DNA of 64,000 bases. Source: an uncultured Gemmatimonadaceae bacterium (GTDB lineage: Bacteria > Gemmatimonadota > Gemmatimonadetes > Gemmatimonadales > Gemmatimonadaceae). Made by a program: the position numbers and the translations under genes. Positions within the stretch are counted from its first letter, which is position 1, and the number at the start of each line of letters is the position of its first letter. The notes beneath the pieces were generated by a model, which saw only the letters and a program-made list of their open reading frames with translations, had not been told where the DNA came from and made no database searches. This document shows, in pieces, positions 43,434 through 53,334 of the stretch. The stretch is taken from assembly GCA_963843845.1 (NCBI GenBank), contig CAWJMB010000002.1:256001-320000 (forward strand), written 5' to 3'.

Positions 43434-44636
43434 GTGAGCATCGACCCCGGCGCCGCCACGCCGCTCTACCAGCAGGTCGCCGCCGACATCCGTCGGAAGA
43501 TCGTCGCCGGAGAGATGCCGGTCGGAACCCAGCTGCAGCCTCACCGCGAGCTGGCGGCGACCTACGACGTGTCGATCATCACGATCAACAAGGCGCTCTC
43601 CGGCCTCGTCGCCGAGGGCGTGCTGTACAGCCGAGTCGGGCGGGGGACCTTCGTCGCGGTGCGGCCGGCGCCGACCCCCGCCGCGTTCGGCGACTCGGCA
43701 GCGCTGCCGCTGCTCGGCTTCGTGCTGCGCGACCTGAGCAGTCCCTACTTCTCGCTCGTCGCGCACGCGGCCCAGCAGCGCGCGGATGCGGCCGGCTACG
43801 GGCTGCTCTTCACCTCGAGCTCGAACCGGATCGACCGCGAAGAGGAGCAGCTTCGCCGCTTCCAGGAGCTCGGCGTTCAGGGGCTGCTCATCGTCTCCAT
43901 GAGCCGCACCTACCGGCTGAGCGAGTCGATCCAGGCGCTGCACGACAGCGGGTTTCCCTACGTGATGGTGTCGTTCACCGAAGGGGACGACGTCCCGTTC
44001 GTCGGAACCGACCTGGCGCACGCCGGGGAGCTCGCGGTCGAGCATCTCGCGTCGCAGGGACGCAAGCGGATCGGCTACATCTGCGACCGCTTCGGCAGCG
44101 CCGCCGGCGCGCTCCGTGGGCTCGGCTATCACCGCGCGATGGCGCGGCACGGGCTCGCCGTGGACCCGTCGTTCCAGTTCCAGTATCCGCTCGAAGGCGA
44201 GTGGAACGACTACGAGTCGGCCTACGCGATCGGCGAGCACATCGCCGGTCTCACACGCCGCCCCGACGCGATGTTCGCGTTCAACGACCTCGGCGCGCTC
44301 GGCTTCACGGACGCGCTGATGAACCACGGCGTCCGCGTGCCCGACGACATCGCCGTCATCGGCATCGACGACATCGAGCTGGCGGCGCGGGGGCGGGTGC
44401 CCTTGACGACCGTACGGCAGCCTGCCGACCGCATCGGCGCGCACGCCGTCGAGATGCTGCTCGCCCGCCTCCGCGGCGAGCAGCCGGCGCCGAGGCACCT
44501 GTTCACGCCGGAGCTGGTCGTGCGGCGGTCGTGCGGCGCCATCGCTGCGCCGTCCGACGCGCGCGCCGTTCCGACGCCCGTTCCCAGCGTGCGCGCCGCG
44601 GCTCGCCGTGCGCTCGCCGCGGACCGAGCGCGGTAG
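43434..44636 (+). CDS. GntR-HTH plus LacI-type sugar-binding domain regulator (AraR-like)
   Basis: 'PLYQQVAADIR..I..G', 'VGRGTFV'; 'AFNDLGA', 'VPDDIAVIGIDD', 'LTTVRQP'. Confidence 0.92.
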   Translation: MSIDPGAATPLYQQVAADIRRKIVAGEMPVGTQLQPHRELAATYDVSIITINKALSGLVAEGVLYSRVGRGTFVAVRPAPTPAAFGDSAALPLLGFVLRDLSSPYFSLVAHAAQQRADAAGYGLLFTSSSNRIDREEEQLRRFQELGVQGLLIVSMSRTYRLSESIQALHDSGFPYVMVSFTEGDDVPFVGTDLAHAGELAVEHLASQGRKRIGYICDRFGSAAGALRGLGYHRAMARHGLAVDPSFQFQYPLEGEWNDYESAYAIGEHIAGLTRRPDAMFAFNDLGALGFTDALMNHGVRVPDDIAVIGIDDIELAARGRVPLTTVRQPADRIGAHAVEMLLARLRGEQPAPRHLFTPELVVRRSCGAIAAPSDARAVPTPVPSVRAAARRALAADRAR

Positions 44637-44715
44637 ACGCCGGTGCGCTCCCTCCCGTCCCGCGTGCAGGCAGGGACCTCGCCGTTCGACCCGCCGCACC
44701 ACCCCGCACCACCGC

Positions 44716-44740
44716 GATTCCTCGCTCCGCTCGGCATGAC
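44716..44740 (-). repeat. REP-like element, family C (GTCATSCCGAGCGSAGCGAGG)
   Basis: gattcctcgctccgctcggcatgac; its reverse complement nearly matches 61965-61986. Confidence 0.6.
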
Positions 44741-44785
44741 GAGCGGGGCTCGTACATCCCGCACCAGCCTCCCCGGAGAGTCCCG

Positions 44786-47700
44786 ATGAAGTGGGCGAAA
44801 GGCCTCAGCATGTTCGCCGTGCTGGCGATTCCCGTCACGCTGACGCGGCCGGTCGCCGCGTACGCGGCCGGCGCCGGCACCCGCAGCGCGCAGCCGGCGG
44901 CCGGCCGCGTGACCGGCACCGTCGTCGACGCGGCATCCGGCGCACCGGTCCCGAACGTCAGTGTCGTCGTCGTCGGCCGCTCCGGCGTCGGCGCCGTGAC
45001 CGACGCCGAAGGGCGGTTCACGATCCGCAATCTGCGCGACGGCGCGCTGCAGGTGCGCGCGCAGCGCATCGGCTTCGCCCCGACGACGCTGAACGCGACC
45101 GTGGTGAACGGCTCGACCGAGACGCTGACCTTCCGGCTCGGCGCGCAGGCGGTGCAGCTCGCCGACGTCGTGAGCGTCGGCTACGGCACGCAGAACCGGC
45201 GCGAGGTCGCGGGCGCGGTGACGACGGTGACGACCGAGGCGCTCGAGAAGGCGCCGGTCGCGTCGATCGACCAGATCCTCCAGGGCACGGCGCCGGGCGT
45301 GCAGGTGACGACGGCGTCGAGCGCGCCCGGCGGCGCGCTGTCGATCCGCATCCGCGGCATGTCGTCGCTCACCGGCAACGGCGAGCCGCTCTACGTCATC
45401 GACGGCTTCCCCATCGAGAACGACATCGAAGGGTCGTCGGCCGGGACCGGCGGTCGCGACCGCACGACGCCGGCGAACCCGCTCGTCACCCTGAACCCGA
45501 GCGACGTCGAGTCGATCTCGATCCTCAAGGACGCCAGCTCGACCGCGATCTACGGCGCGCGCGGCGCGAACGGCGTCGTCATCATCACGACGAAGCAGGG
45601 GCGCGGCCTCAAGCCGAACTTCACGCTCGACTACTACACCGGCGCGTCGAACGTCACGAAGAAGTACGACCTGCTCGACGCCGCCGGCTACATCGACTAC
45701 GCGAACGCGTTCGGCCAGGCGTCGAGCACCGCGTTCACGCCGTTCCCGGACAGCGTGAAGACGCGCCTCCTCGCCTCGGGGGTGAACACCGACTGGCAGG
45801 ACGAGGTGTTCCAGACCGGCGCCGCGCGCAACCTGCAGCTCGGCGTGCGCGGCGCGACGCAGGGCGCGAACGTCACGCGGTACAACGTCTCGGGCGGCTA
45901 CTTCGATCAGGAAGGGATCGTCGTCGGCTCGGGACTTCGTCGCTTCTCGGGACGATTGAACGTCGACCAGTCGATCGGCCAGCGCTTCGAGCTCGCGGGA
46001 ACGTTCACGGCGAGCCAGGCGCGCACGAAGTCGACGCCGACGAGCGGGCAGCAGAACTCGAACGCCGGCGCGGTCGCCGGGGCGATCCAGTACGTGCCGA
46101 TCATGCCGGTGTTCCGGCCGGACGGCAGCTACTCGTACATCCTCACCGACCTCAACGCGTACAACGCGCTGCTCGACGCGCCGCAGACGCCGAACCCGGT
46201 GTCGCTCGCGCGCGAGGTGCAGGACTCGCTGAGCGACACGCGACTGCTGGGCAACCTGTTCGCGCAGGCGAACATCTTCCGCGACCTGCGCGCGCGCGTG
46301 AGCTTCGGCGCCGACTACGCGGACCGCGGCCGCAACACCTACTACCCGCGGACGACGCTGCGCGGACAGCAGAACAACGGCGAGGCGATTCGCGCCGACG
46401 CGATCACGGCGTCGTGGGTGAACGAGAACACGCTGACGTACCAGCGGAAGTTCGACAACGCGCACGACCTCACGGTGCTGGGCGGCTACACACGCCAGCG
46501 CACCGACGTCGACCGCACGTCGATCTCGAACACGAACTTCGCGAACGACATCACCGGCTACTACGACATCGGCGCCGGCACGCGCGAGGGCGGCCCGGGC
46601 GTCACCTCCGGCCGCACGACGCAGACGCTCGAGTCGTGGCTCGGCCGCGTCAACTACGTGCTGCTCGGCCGCTACATCGCCGCGTTCACGGTGCGCGAGG
46701 ACGGCTCGTCGCGCTTCGCGGAGAACAAGAAGCGCGGCGCGTTCCCGTCGGGCGCGCTCGCCTGGCGCATCTCCGACGAGCCGTTCTTCGGGCTGCGCCG
46801 CTACGTCGACGACCTCAAGCTGCGCGTCTCGTACGGCATCGCCGGCAACCCGTCGATCCGGCCCTATCAGTCGCTCGCCCGCCTCGAGAACCAGGGGTAC
46901 AGCTTCGGCGGCACGCCGACCGCCGGCTACTACCCGGTGAGCATCTCGAACCCGAACCTCACCTGGGAGACGACGCGGCAGGCCGACGTCGGCATCGACC
47001 TCGGGCTGTTCGAGCGCGTGACGCTCGTCGCGGACTACTACGCGAAGCGCACGAACGACCTGCTGCTGAACATCAACCTGCCGTCGGAGACCGGGTTCCA
47101 GAGCGCGCTCGCGAACCGCGGGAGCGTCGACAACAAGGGCTTCGAGCTCGGGCTCGACATGCAGCTCGTCACGTCGAAGGCGAAGAACGGCTTCACGTGG
47201 CGCTCGAACGTCAACTACGCCTCGAACCGCAACCGCGTCGTCAGCCTCGGCGGCGTGGCGCGCATCGACGCGACGCTCATCACGACCGACTACAACCTGC
47301 CGGGCACGTTCATCGAAGTCGGCAAGCCGGTCGGCCGCTTCTTCGGCTTCAAGAACCTCGGCATCATCCGCGACTCGGCGCAGGCGGCGGCGATCACGTA
47401 CCGCAACTTCAACGGCTCGCGGTTCACGCCGGGGTCGATGCTCGTCGCGAACCTCGACGGCGACACGCTCATCACGCTGAACGACCGCACGGACATCGGC
47501 GACCCGACGCCGACGTTCACGCTGGGCACCACGAACACGTTCTCGTTCCGCGGCGTCTCGCTCACCAGCCTGCTCCAGGGCTCGTACGGCGGCAAGATCC
47601 TGAACGTGAACCGCATCCGCACCGAGAGCTCGCCGCGCGTCAACGTTCTCGCGGACCGCTTCTACGACGCGTGGACGCCGACGAACCCCGACGGGAAGTA

Positions 47701-48013
47701 CGCGAAGATCGGCGAGAACCCGAACCAGGTCGGCACGAACAACTTCACCGACAACCTGCTCGAGGACGGCTCGTATCTGCGGCTTCGCACGGTCACGCTC
47801 TCGTACGGCCTGCCGCAGCGACTGATCCGCCGCGGCAACTTCCAGAATGCGAGCGTCTACGTGACCGGCGCGAACCTGTTCACGATCTCCGACTACTCGG
47901 GCTTCGACCCGGACGTGAGTGGCCAGTCGGTCGGCAGCACCAACCGCGGCATCGACATCGGCGCCTATCCGCTCGCCCGCACGATCACGTTCGGTCTGAG
48001 CCTCAACTACTGA
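44786..48013 (+). CDS. susC: SusC/RagA TonB-dependent outer-membrane transporter
   Basis: Carboxypeptidase-regulatory-like N-domain; 'VGYGTQ', 'PLYVIDGFP', 'LKDASSTAIYGARGANGVVIITTK', 'L.WETT', C-terminal 'YP..RT..FGL.L.Y'. Confidence 0.96.
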   Translation: MKWAKGLSMFAVLAIPVTLTRPVAAYAAGAGTRSAQPAAGRVTGTVVDAASGAPVPNVSVVVVGRSGVGAVTDAEGRFTIRNLRDGALQVRAQRIGFAPTTLNATVVNGSTETLTFRLGAQAVQLADVVSVGYGTQNRREVAGAVTTVTTEALEKAPVASIDQILQGTAPGVQVTTASSAPGGALSIRIRGMSSLTGNGEPLYVIDGFPIENDIEGSSAGTGGRDRTTPANPLVTLNPSDVESISILKDASSTAIYGARGANGVVIITTKQGRGLKPNFTLDYYTGASNVTKKYDLLDAAGYIDYANAFGQASSTAFTPFPDSVKTRLLASGVNTDWQDEVFQTGAARNLQLGVRGATQGANVTRYNVSGGYFDQEGIVVGSGLRRFSGRLNVDQSIGQRFELAGTFTASQARTKSTPTSGQQNSNAGAVAGAIQYVPIMPVFRPDGSYSYILTDLNAYNALLDAPQTPNPVSLAREVQDSLSDTRLLGNLFAQANIFRDLRARVSFGADYADRGRNTYYPRTTLRGQQNNGEAIRADAITASWVNENTLTYQRKFDNAHDLTVLGGYTRQRTDVDRTSISNTNFANDITGYYDIGAGTREGGPGVTSGRTTQTLESWLGRVNYVLLGRYIAAFTVREDGSSRFAENKKRGAFPSGALAWRISDEPFFGLRRYVDDLKLRVSYGIAGNPSIRPYQSLARLENQGYSFGGTPTAGYYPVSISNPNLTWETTRQADVGIDLGLFERVTLVADYYAKRTNDLLLNINLPSETGFQSALANRGSVDNKGFELGLDMQLVTSKAKNGFTWRSNVNYASNRNRVVSLGGVARIDATLITTDYNLPGTFIEVGKPVGRFFGFKNLGIIRDSAQAAAITYRNFNGSRFTPGSMLVANLDGDTLITLNDRTDIGDPTPTFTLGTTNTFSFRGVSLTSLLQGSYGGKILNVNRIRTESSPRVNVLADRFYDAWTPTNPDGKYAKIGENPNQVGTNNFTDNLLEDGSYLRLRTVTLSYGLPQRLIRRGNFQNASVYVTGANLFTISDYSGFDPDVSGQSVGSTNRGIDIGAYPLARTITFGLSLNY

Positions 48014-48027
48014 CCACCGCCACTTCG

Positions 48028-49686
48028 ATGAAGACGACTTTCCGATTCGTCGCGACGCGCGGCGCGACATGGCGCGGCGCGACATGGCGCGGCGCGATCA
48101 CGGCGGCGCTGCTTCCGCTCGTGGCGGGGCTCTCCGCCTGCGACGACGATTTCCTGACCGAGAAGCCGAGCGACTTCGTGTCGCCGGTGAACTTCTATCA
48201 GAACTCCGCGGACGCGGTCGCCGCGGTGAACGCCGCCTACGCGACGTTCGTGACCGTGCCGGGGATCGGCAACGACTCGTACCTCGGCCGCAACTTCGAG
48301 ATGCTCGTCGAGTATCCGACCGAGGTGACGACGAGCCGACTGAGCGCCGCGAACGAGCGCTCGATGATCGGCAACTTCCACCCGCAGTTCACGTCGGTGC
48401 ACCCGTACCTGCAAGGGGTGTGGCAGGCGGCATACGCCGGCATCAACCGCGCGAACGCGGTGATCGAGCGCGTGCCGGGGATCACGATGGACGAGACGCG
48501 CAAGGCGCAGATCGTCGGCGAGGCGAAGTTCCTCCGCGCGCTGCACTACTACTGGCTCGCCGGCCTGTTCGGCGGCGTGCCGATCAAGCTCACCGAGACG
48601 CAGGGGATCGAGGAAGCGCCCGTTCCGCGCTCGACGGTCGAGCAGACGTGGGCACAGGTCGCGAAGGATCTGACCGAGGCGGCGGCGGCGCTGCCGAACG
48701 CGTGGGGCGGCTCCGACTTCGGCCGCGCGACGAAGGGCGCCGCACTCGCGCTGCTGGGCAAGGCGTACTTGCAGAGCGCGGCGACGGTGCCGTCGCTCGC
48801 CGCGAACGCTCAGCGCGCGGTCGACACGTTCAGGCAGGTCACGGCGATCGGCGGCTACTCGCTCGACGCGAACTATGCCTCGCTGTTCGACGGCACGAAC
48901 GAGCGGAGCCCCGAGGTCGTCTGGTCGATCCAGAACGTGCGCGTCGCGGGGTACGGCGGGCGGCTCACGCAGTGGTTCGTGCCGCTCCCGACGAGCGCGA
49001 TCTTCTCGAGTCAGCAGAACCAGTTCCAGGCGGAGCGCCCGTTCTACGACTCGTACAACGCGGCCGACATCCGGAAGGCCGGCACGTGGCTCACGAGCTA
49101 CACCAAGCCGAACGGCTCGACGGTGACGTGGACGTGGACGACGACGACGATCACGACCGCGGCGAACTACGGCTCGACGGGCCCGTCGCCGCGCAAGTAC
49201 GTCGACACCGGCGCACCGCAGGGTGGGGCGGAGGGGATCGACTATCTCGTGCTGCGCTACGCCGACGTCCTGCTGTCGCAGGCCGAGGCGCAGAACGAAG
49301 TCACGGGACCGACCGCGGAGGCCTACGCGCTCGTGAACCAGGTGCGCGCCCGCGCCCGCGTGCCGAACCTCACGGCGGGGCTGTCGAAGCAGGCGTTCAA
49401 GGACAGCCTGTACGTCGAGCGGCGCTACGAGTTCGCGATGGAGCTGAACGGCGTGTTCGACATGCGCCGCGACTGGGCGTTCGCGAAGAGCCGCGTCGAG
49501 GCGAACCTCGCGCAGGCGACGACGCTGAACCGCAGCCCCTTCACGAGCAGCGTCGAGAAGCCCGCCTCGACGACCGCGCTCCGCATCGACGACAAGTGGC
49601 AGCTCTATCCGATCCCGGCGCGCATGTGCGAGCTGAATCCGACGCTGACGCAGAATCCCGGGTGGGCGGACGGGATCTGCAAGTGA
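48028..49686 (+). CDS. susD: SusD/RagB surface glycan-binding lipoprotein
   Basis: Lipobox 'LSACDDDFL'; 'GEAKFLRAL.Y', 'GRATKGAA', 'LRYADVLL', 'ERRYEF'. Confidence 0.95.
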   Translation: MKTTFRFVATRGATWRGATWRGAITAALLPLVAGLSACDDDFLTEKPSDFVSPVNFYQNSADAVAAVNAAYATFVTVPGIGNDSYLGRNFEMLVEYPTEVTTSRLSAANERSMIGNFHPQFTSVHPYLQGVWQAAYAGINRANAVIERVPGITMDETRKAQIVGEAKFLRALHYYWLAGLFGGVPIKLTETQGIEEAPVPRSTVEQTWAQVAKDLTEAAAALPNAWGGSDFGRATKGAALALLGKAYLQSAATVPSLAANAQRAVDTFRQVTAIGGYSLDANYASLFDGTNERSPEVVWSIQNVRVAGYGGRLTQWFVPLPTSAIFSSQQNQFQAERPFYDSYNAADIRKAGTWLTSYTKPNGSTVTWTWTTTTITTAANYGSTGPSPRKYVDTGAPQGGAEGIDYLVLRYADVLLSQAEAQNEVTGPTAEAYALVNQVRARARVPNLTAGLSKQAFKDSLYVERRYEFAMELNGVFDMRRDWAFAKSRVEANLAQATTLNRSPFTSSVEKPASTTALRIDDKWQLYPIPARMCELNPTLTQNPGWADGICK

Positions 49687-49768
49687 TTTCGTGACGGGAG
49701 GAACGGAAGGGACGGGCGAGCCGCACAGCGATGCGCTCCGCCCGTCCCTTCCGTTCCTCCTGTCGAAA
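49687..49768. repeat. Palindromic element, family A, copy 2
   Basis: gacgggaggaacggaagggacgggcg ... cgcccgtcccttccgttcctcctgtc. Confidence 0.85.
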
Positions 49769-49785
49769 CGACCAGCCGACAGATC

Positions 49786-50994
49786 ATGAACTATTCACGA
49801 GTCATCGCGTCGCTCGCAGTCATCGTGGCGCTGCCCGACGTCGCGCGTGCCCAGGTCACCTACCGCCCCGAGATCCTCGCCGAGTCGAAGGCGCGGGTGA
49901 AGGCGGGGGACGCGGCGCTGAAGCCGGCGTACGACCGCCTGCTCAAGGACGCCGAGAAGGCGCTCAAGGCGCCGATCGCCGTCGTCACGGACAAGCGCAC
50001 GCTCCTCGCGCCGACGAACGACCCGCACGACTACTTCAGTCTCAGCCCGTACTGGTGGCCCGACCCGAGCAAGCCGGACGGGCTGCCGTACATCCGTCGC
50101 GACGGCGAGACGAACCCGGAGAGCAAGCGCGACCTCGACCAGCCGCGCGTCGCGGCGATGGGCGGGAACGCGTACACGCTCGCGCTCGCGTACTACTTCA
50201 GCGGCGACGAGCGATACGCCGCGCGCGCGGCCGAGCAGCTGCGCGCGTGGTTCCTCACGCCGGCGACGCGGATGAACCCGCACCTGCGCTTCTCGCAGAA
50301 CGTGCGCGGGAATCCGGCCGAGCGCGGAAGCGGGATCATCGACACGCGCTGGTTCGTCGAAGCGACTGACGCCGCGCGACTGCTGCGGGGGTCCAAGGGC
50401 TGGACGGCCGCCGACCAGCAGGGGCTGCAGGACTGGATGCGCCAGTATCTGACCTGGCTGTGGACGAGCACGAACGGTCAGACCGAGCACGCGGCGAAGA
50501 ACAACCACGGCTCGTGGTACGCAGCGCAGGCGGGGGCGATCGCGATGTTCGTCGGCGACACGGCGATCGCGCGGCAGCTCGTGAACGAGGCGAAGCCGCG
50601 CATCGGCTGGCAGATCACGCCGAAGGGCGAGCAGCCGATCGAGCTCGAGCGGACGCGGTCGTACCACTACGCCGGATTCAACGTCGAGGCGCTGTCGCGG
50701 GTCGCGCAGATCGGCACATCGTTAGGCGTCGACCTCTGGTCGTATCAGGCGCCCGAGGGAGGGAGTCTGCGCCGCGCGACCGACCACCTCGCGGCATACG
50801 CGCTCGATCCGAAGGCGTGGCCCGGCCAGCAGATCGACGACGTCGGCTCGGAGGTGCTGCTCGTCTCGTTCCGCCGCGGCGCCCGCGTGTGGGGCGGCGC
50901 TCCGTACGCGGCGACGATCGGCGGCCTCGACGGGTCGTCGACCGATCGCAGTGCGCTGCTCTACCCAGACCCGAAACTTCCCGTTCGCAAGTAG
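49786..50994 (+). CDS. Polysaccharide lyase, PL38-like (alginate/glucuronan lyase), secreted
   Basis: 'HDYFSLSPYWWPDP..PDGLPYIRRDG', 'TRMNPHL', 'GIIDT', catalytic 'NNHGSW', 'RTRSYHY'. Confidence 0.85.
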   Translation: MNYSRVIASLAVIVALPDVARAQVTYRPEILAESKARVKAGDAALKPAYDRLLKDAEKALKAPIAVVTDKRTLLAPTNDPHDYFSLSPYWWPDPSKPDGLPYIRRDGETNPESKRDLDQPRVAAMGGNAYTLALAYYFSGDERYAARAAEQLRAWFLTPATRMNPHLRFSQNVRGNPAERGSGIIDTRWFVEATDAARLLRGSKGWTAADQQGLQDWMRQYLTWLWTSTNGQTEHAAKNNHGSWYAAQAGAIAMFVGDTAIARQLVNEAKPRIGWQITPKGEQPIELERTRSYHYAGFNVEALSRVAQIGTSLGVDLWSYQAPEGGSLRRATDHLAAYALDPKAWPGQQIDDVGSEVLLVSFRRGARVWGGAPYAATIGGLDGSSTDRSALLYPDPKLPVRK

Positions 50995-53232
50995 ATGCCC
51001 ATGCTTCGCCGTCTCACGCTCGCCGCGGCCGCCGCCGCCGCCGCCGCCGCGGCCGCCGCAGTCACCGTCATCGCGGCGCCGGCCGCGCAGGCCCAGCGCC
51101 CGCACCCGAGCATCTTCCTCACGAAGCAGGAGGCGCTCGACATCCGCGCGGCGCAGGGGAAGTATCCGCTGCTCGATCGCTCGCTCGCCGCGGCCCGCCA
51201 GCAGATGACGGCCGCGTTCGCGCGCCCGATCGAGACGCCGCCGCCAGGCGAGGCGGGGGGCTACGCACACGAGCGGCACAAGCAGAACTACCGCGACATG
51301 CAGACGGCCGGGACGCTCTGGCAGATCACGGGCGACGCGCGCTACGCGCGATTCGTGCGCGACATGCTCGAGCAGTACGCCGTGCAGTACCCGACGTTGG
51401 GCGCCCACCCGCTGAACAAGAACCAGTCGGCCGGAAAGCTCTTTCACCAGGCGCTGAACGAGGCGAACTGGCTCGTCGCGACGAGCATCGCGTACGACTG
51501 CGTCTACGACTTCCTCTCCGCGGCGCAGCGCGCGCGCTACGAGGCGAACGTCCTGCGCCCGATGGCCGAGTGGCTGTCGAGCCAACATCCCGACGAGTTC
51601 GATCGCATCCACAACCACGGCACGTGGGCGACCGCGTCGGTCGCGATGCTCGGCTACGTCATCGGCGACACGTCGTACGTGAACCGCGCGCTCTACGGCA
51701 CGAAGCGCGACGGCGAGGGCGGCTTCGTGCGGCAGCTCGACCTGCTGTTCTCGCCCGACGGCTACTACATGGAAGGGCCGTACTACATCCGGTACGCGCT
51801 CATGCCCTTCTTCCACTTCGCCGAAGCGGTGCAGCGCGCGCAGCCGTCGGTGGCGCTGTACGCGTACCGAGACAGCATCCTCAAGAAGGCGCTGTACTCC
51901 GCGGTCCAGACGGCGTACCCGAACGGCGTGTTCCCGCCGATCAACGACGCGTCGCGCACGATGTCGATCGTGTCGCCCGAGGTCGTGCTCGCGGTGGACC
52001 TCGCGTACGCGCGCTACGGAGCGAACGCGAATCTGTTGGGCGCCGCGGCGATCCAGAACGCGGTGATCCTGAACGGCGCGGGGCTGAAGGTGGCGCGCGC
52101 CGTCGCGGCGCGGGCGACGCCCCCGGTCATGAGCTTCGGCTCCATCGAGTTCACCGACGGCTCCGACGGGCAGCGCGGGGGGCTCGGCATCCTGCGGAGC
52201 GGCACGGGGCAGAGCGCCTCGATGCTGCTCATGAAGTACGGCGTGCACGGCCAGGGGCACGGCCACTTCGACAAGCTGCACTTCACGTTCTTCGACGGCG
52301 GGCGCGAGGTCATCCCCGACTACGGCTTCTCGCGGTGGATCAACATCGAGCCGAAGTTCGGCGGGCGCTATCTGCCCGAGAACGACACGTACGCGATGCA
52401 GACGATCGCACACAACACGGTCGTCGTGGACAGGACGACGCAGAACGAGGGGAACGAGCGCGCCGACGAGGCGGTGTGGCCCGCGCGCCACTTCTTCGAC
52501 ACGTCGAATCCCGCCGCGCAGGCGATGAGCGCGACGACCGACAAGGTCTACCCCGGCGTGGCGATGCAGCGCACGATGCTGCTGCTGCGCGACGCGCGGC
52601 TGCCCCACCCGGTCGTCGTCGACCTCTACCGCATCGCGAGCGGCGCGCGGCACACGTACGACTATCCGATCCACTTCCGCGGCCAGCTCGTCTCGGCGAG
52701 CCCGGCGTACCAGGCGTCGACGACCGAGCGGCGAGCGTTAGGCACGAGCGACGGCTACGAGCATCTGTGGGGCGAGGCGTCGACGCGCACCGACAGCACC
52801 GTGCGGCTCACCTGGGTCGACGGCGACCGGTACTACTCGACGACGACGGCGGCCGCGCCGAACACCGAGGTGCTGTTCGCCCGCACCGGCGCCGGCGATC
52901 CGAACTTCAACCTCATCGTCGAGCCGATGATGATCGTCCGGCGGACGGCCGGCGACGCGCTGTTCGCGTCGGTCATCGAGCCGCACGGCTACTGGAACGA
53001 GATGGAAGAGCGGTCGGCCGACGCGCGCAGCGCGGTGCGGAGCGTGCGCGTGTTGGGCACGAGCGCGGAAGGGAGCGTCGTCGAAGTGACGGCGACCGGC
53101 GGCGTGCGGTGGGTCGTGATGGTCACGAACGGGCCCGCGTCGGCGACCGCGCGACACTCGGTCACGTTCGGCGGGCAGACGTATGCGTGGACCGGCAATT
53201 TCGCGGTGAGTGGGATTCAGACTGGCCGCTGA
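50995..53232 (+). CDS. Exo-oligoalginate lyase, PL17-like (alginate-lyase plus heparinase II/III domains)
   Basis: 'GYAHERHKQNY', 'HQALNE', 'IHNHGTW', 'FSPDGYYMEGPYY', 'GHGHFDKL', 'KFGGRYLPEN', 'AHNT'. Confidence 0.9.
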   Translation: MPMLRRLTLAAAAAAAAAAAAAVTVIAAPAAQAQRPHPSIFLTKQEALDIRAAQGKYPLLDRSLAAARQQMTAAFARPIETPPPGEAGGYAHERHKQNYRDMQTAGTLWQITGDARYARFVRDMLEQYAVQYPTLGAHPLNKNQSAGKLFHQALNEANWLVATSIAYDCVYDFLSAAQRARYEANVLRPMAEWLSSQHPDEFDRIHNHGTWATASVAMLGYVIGDTSYVNRALYGTKRDGEGGFVRQLDLLFSPDGYYMEGPYYIRYALMPFFHFAEAVQRAQPSVALYAYRDSILKKALYSAVQTAYPNGVFPPINDASRTMSIVSPEVVLAVDLAYARYGANANLLGAAAIQNAVILNGAGLKVARAVAARATPPVMSFGSIEFTDGSDGQRGGLGILRSGTGQSASMLLMKYGVHGQGHGHFDKLHFTFFDGGREVIPDYGFSRWINIEPKFGGRYLPENDTYAMQTIAHNTVVVDRTTQNEGNERADEAVWPARHFFDTSNPAAQAMSATTDKVYPGVAMQRTMLLLRDARLPHPVVVDLYRIASGARHTYDYPIHFRGQLVSASPAYQASTTERRALGTSDGYEHLWGEASTRTDSTVRLTWVDGDRYYSTTTAAAPNTEVLFARTGAGDPNFNLIVEPMMIVRRTAGDALFASVIEPHGYWNEMEERSADARSAVRSVRVLGTSAEGSVVEVTATGGVRWVVMVTNGPASATARHSVTFGGQTYAWTGNFAVSGIQTGR

Positions 53233-53239
53233 GCAATTT

Positions 53240-53320
53240 TTTTTGGACAGAAGGAACGGAAGGTACAGAAGACGAGCCTGTGCGCAGTTCTTCTGTGCCT
53301 CCTGTCCCTTCCGTCAAAAA
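53240..53320. repeat. Palindromic element, family A, copy 3
   Basis: ttttt-ggacagaaggaacggaaggtacagaaga ... tcttctgtgcctcctgtcccttccgtc-aaaaa. Confidence 0.85.
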
Positions 53321-53334
53321 CACACAGGAGAACA

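Noticed and set aside
44791..48027. Apparent 1631-aa ORF fusing a long N-terminus to SusD
   Set aside because: The upstream part is an alternative frame of susC; SusD starts at ATG 48028 with its own lipoprotein signal
44222..48085. 1287-aa antisense ORF opposite susC, and similar long shadow ORFs (e.g. 11309-13921, 50722-52674)
   Set aside because: Arg/Ala-rich, motif-free mirror frames expected in high-GC genes with strong codon bias; the opposite strand has clear family motifs
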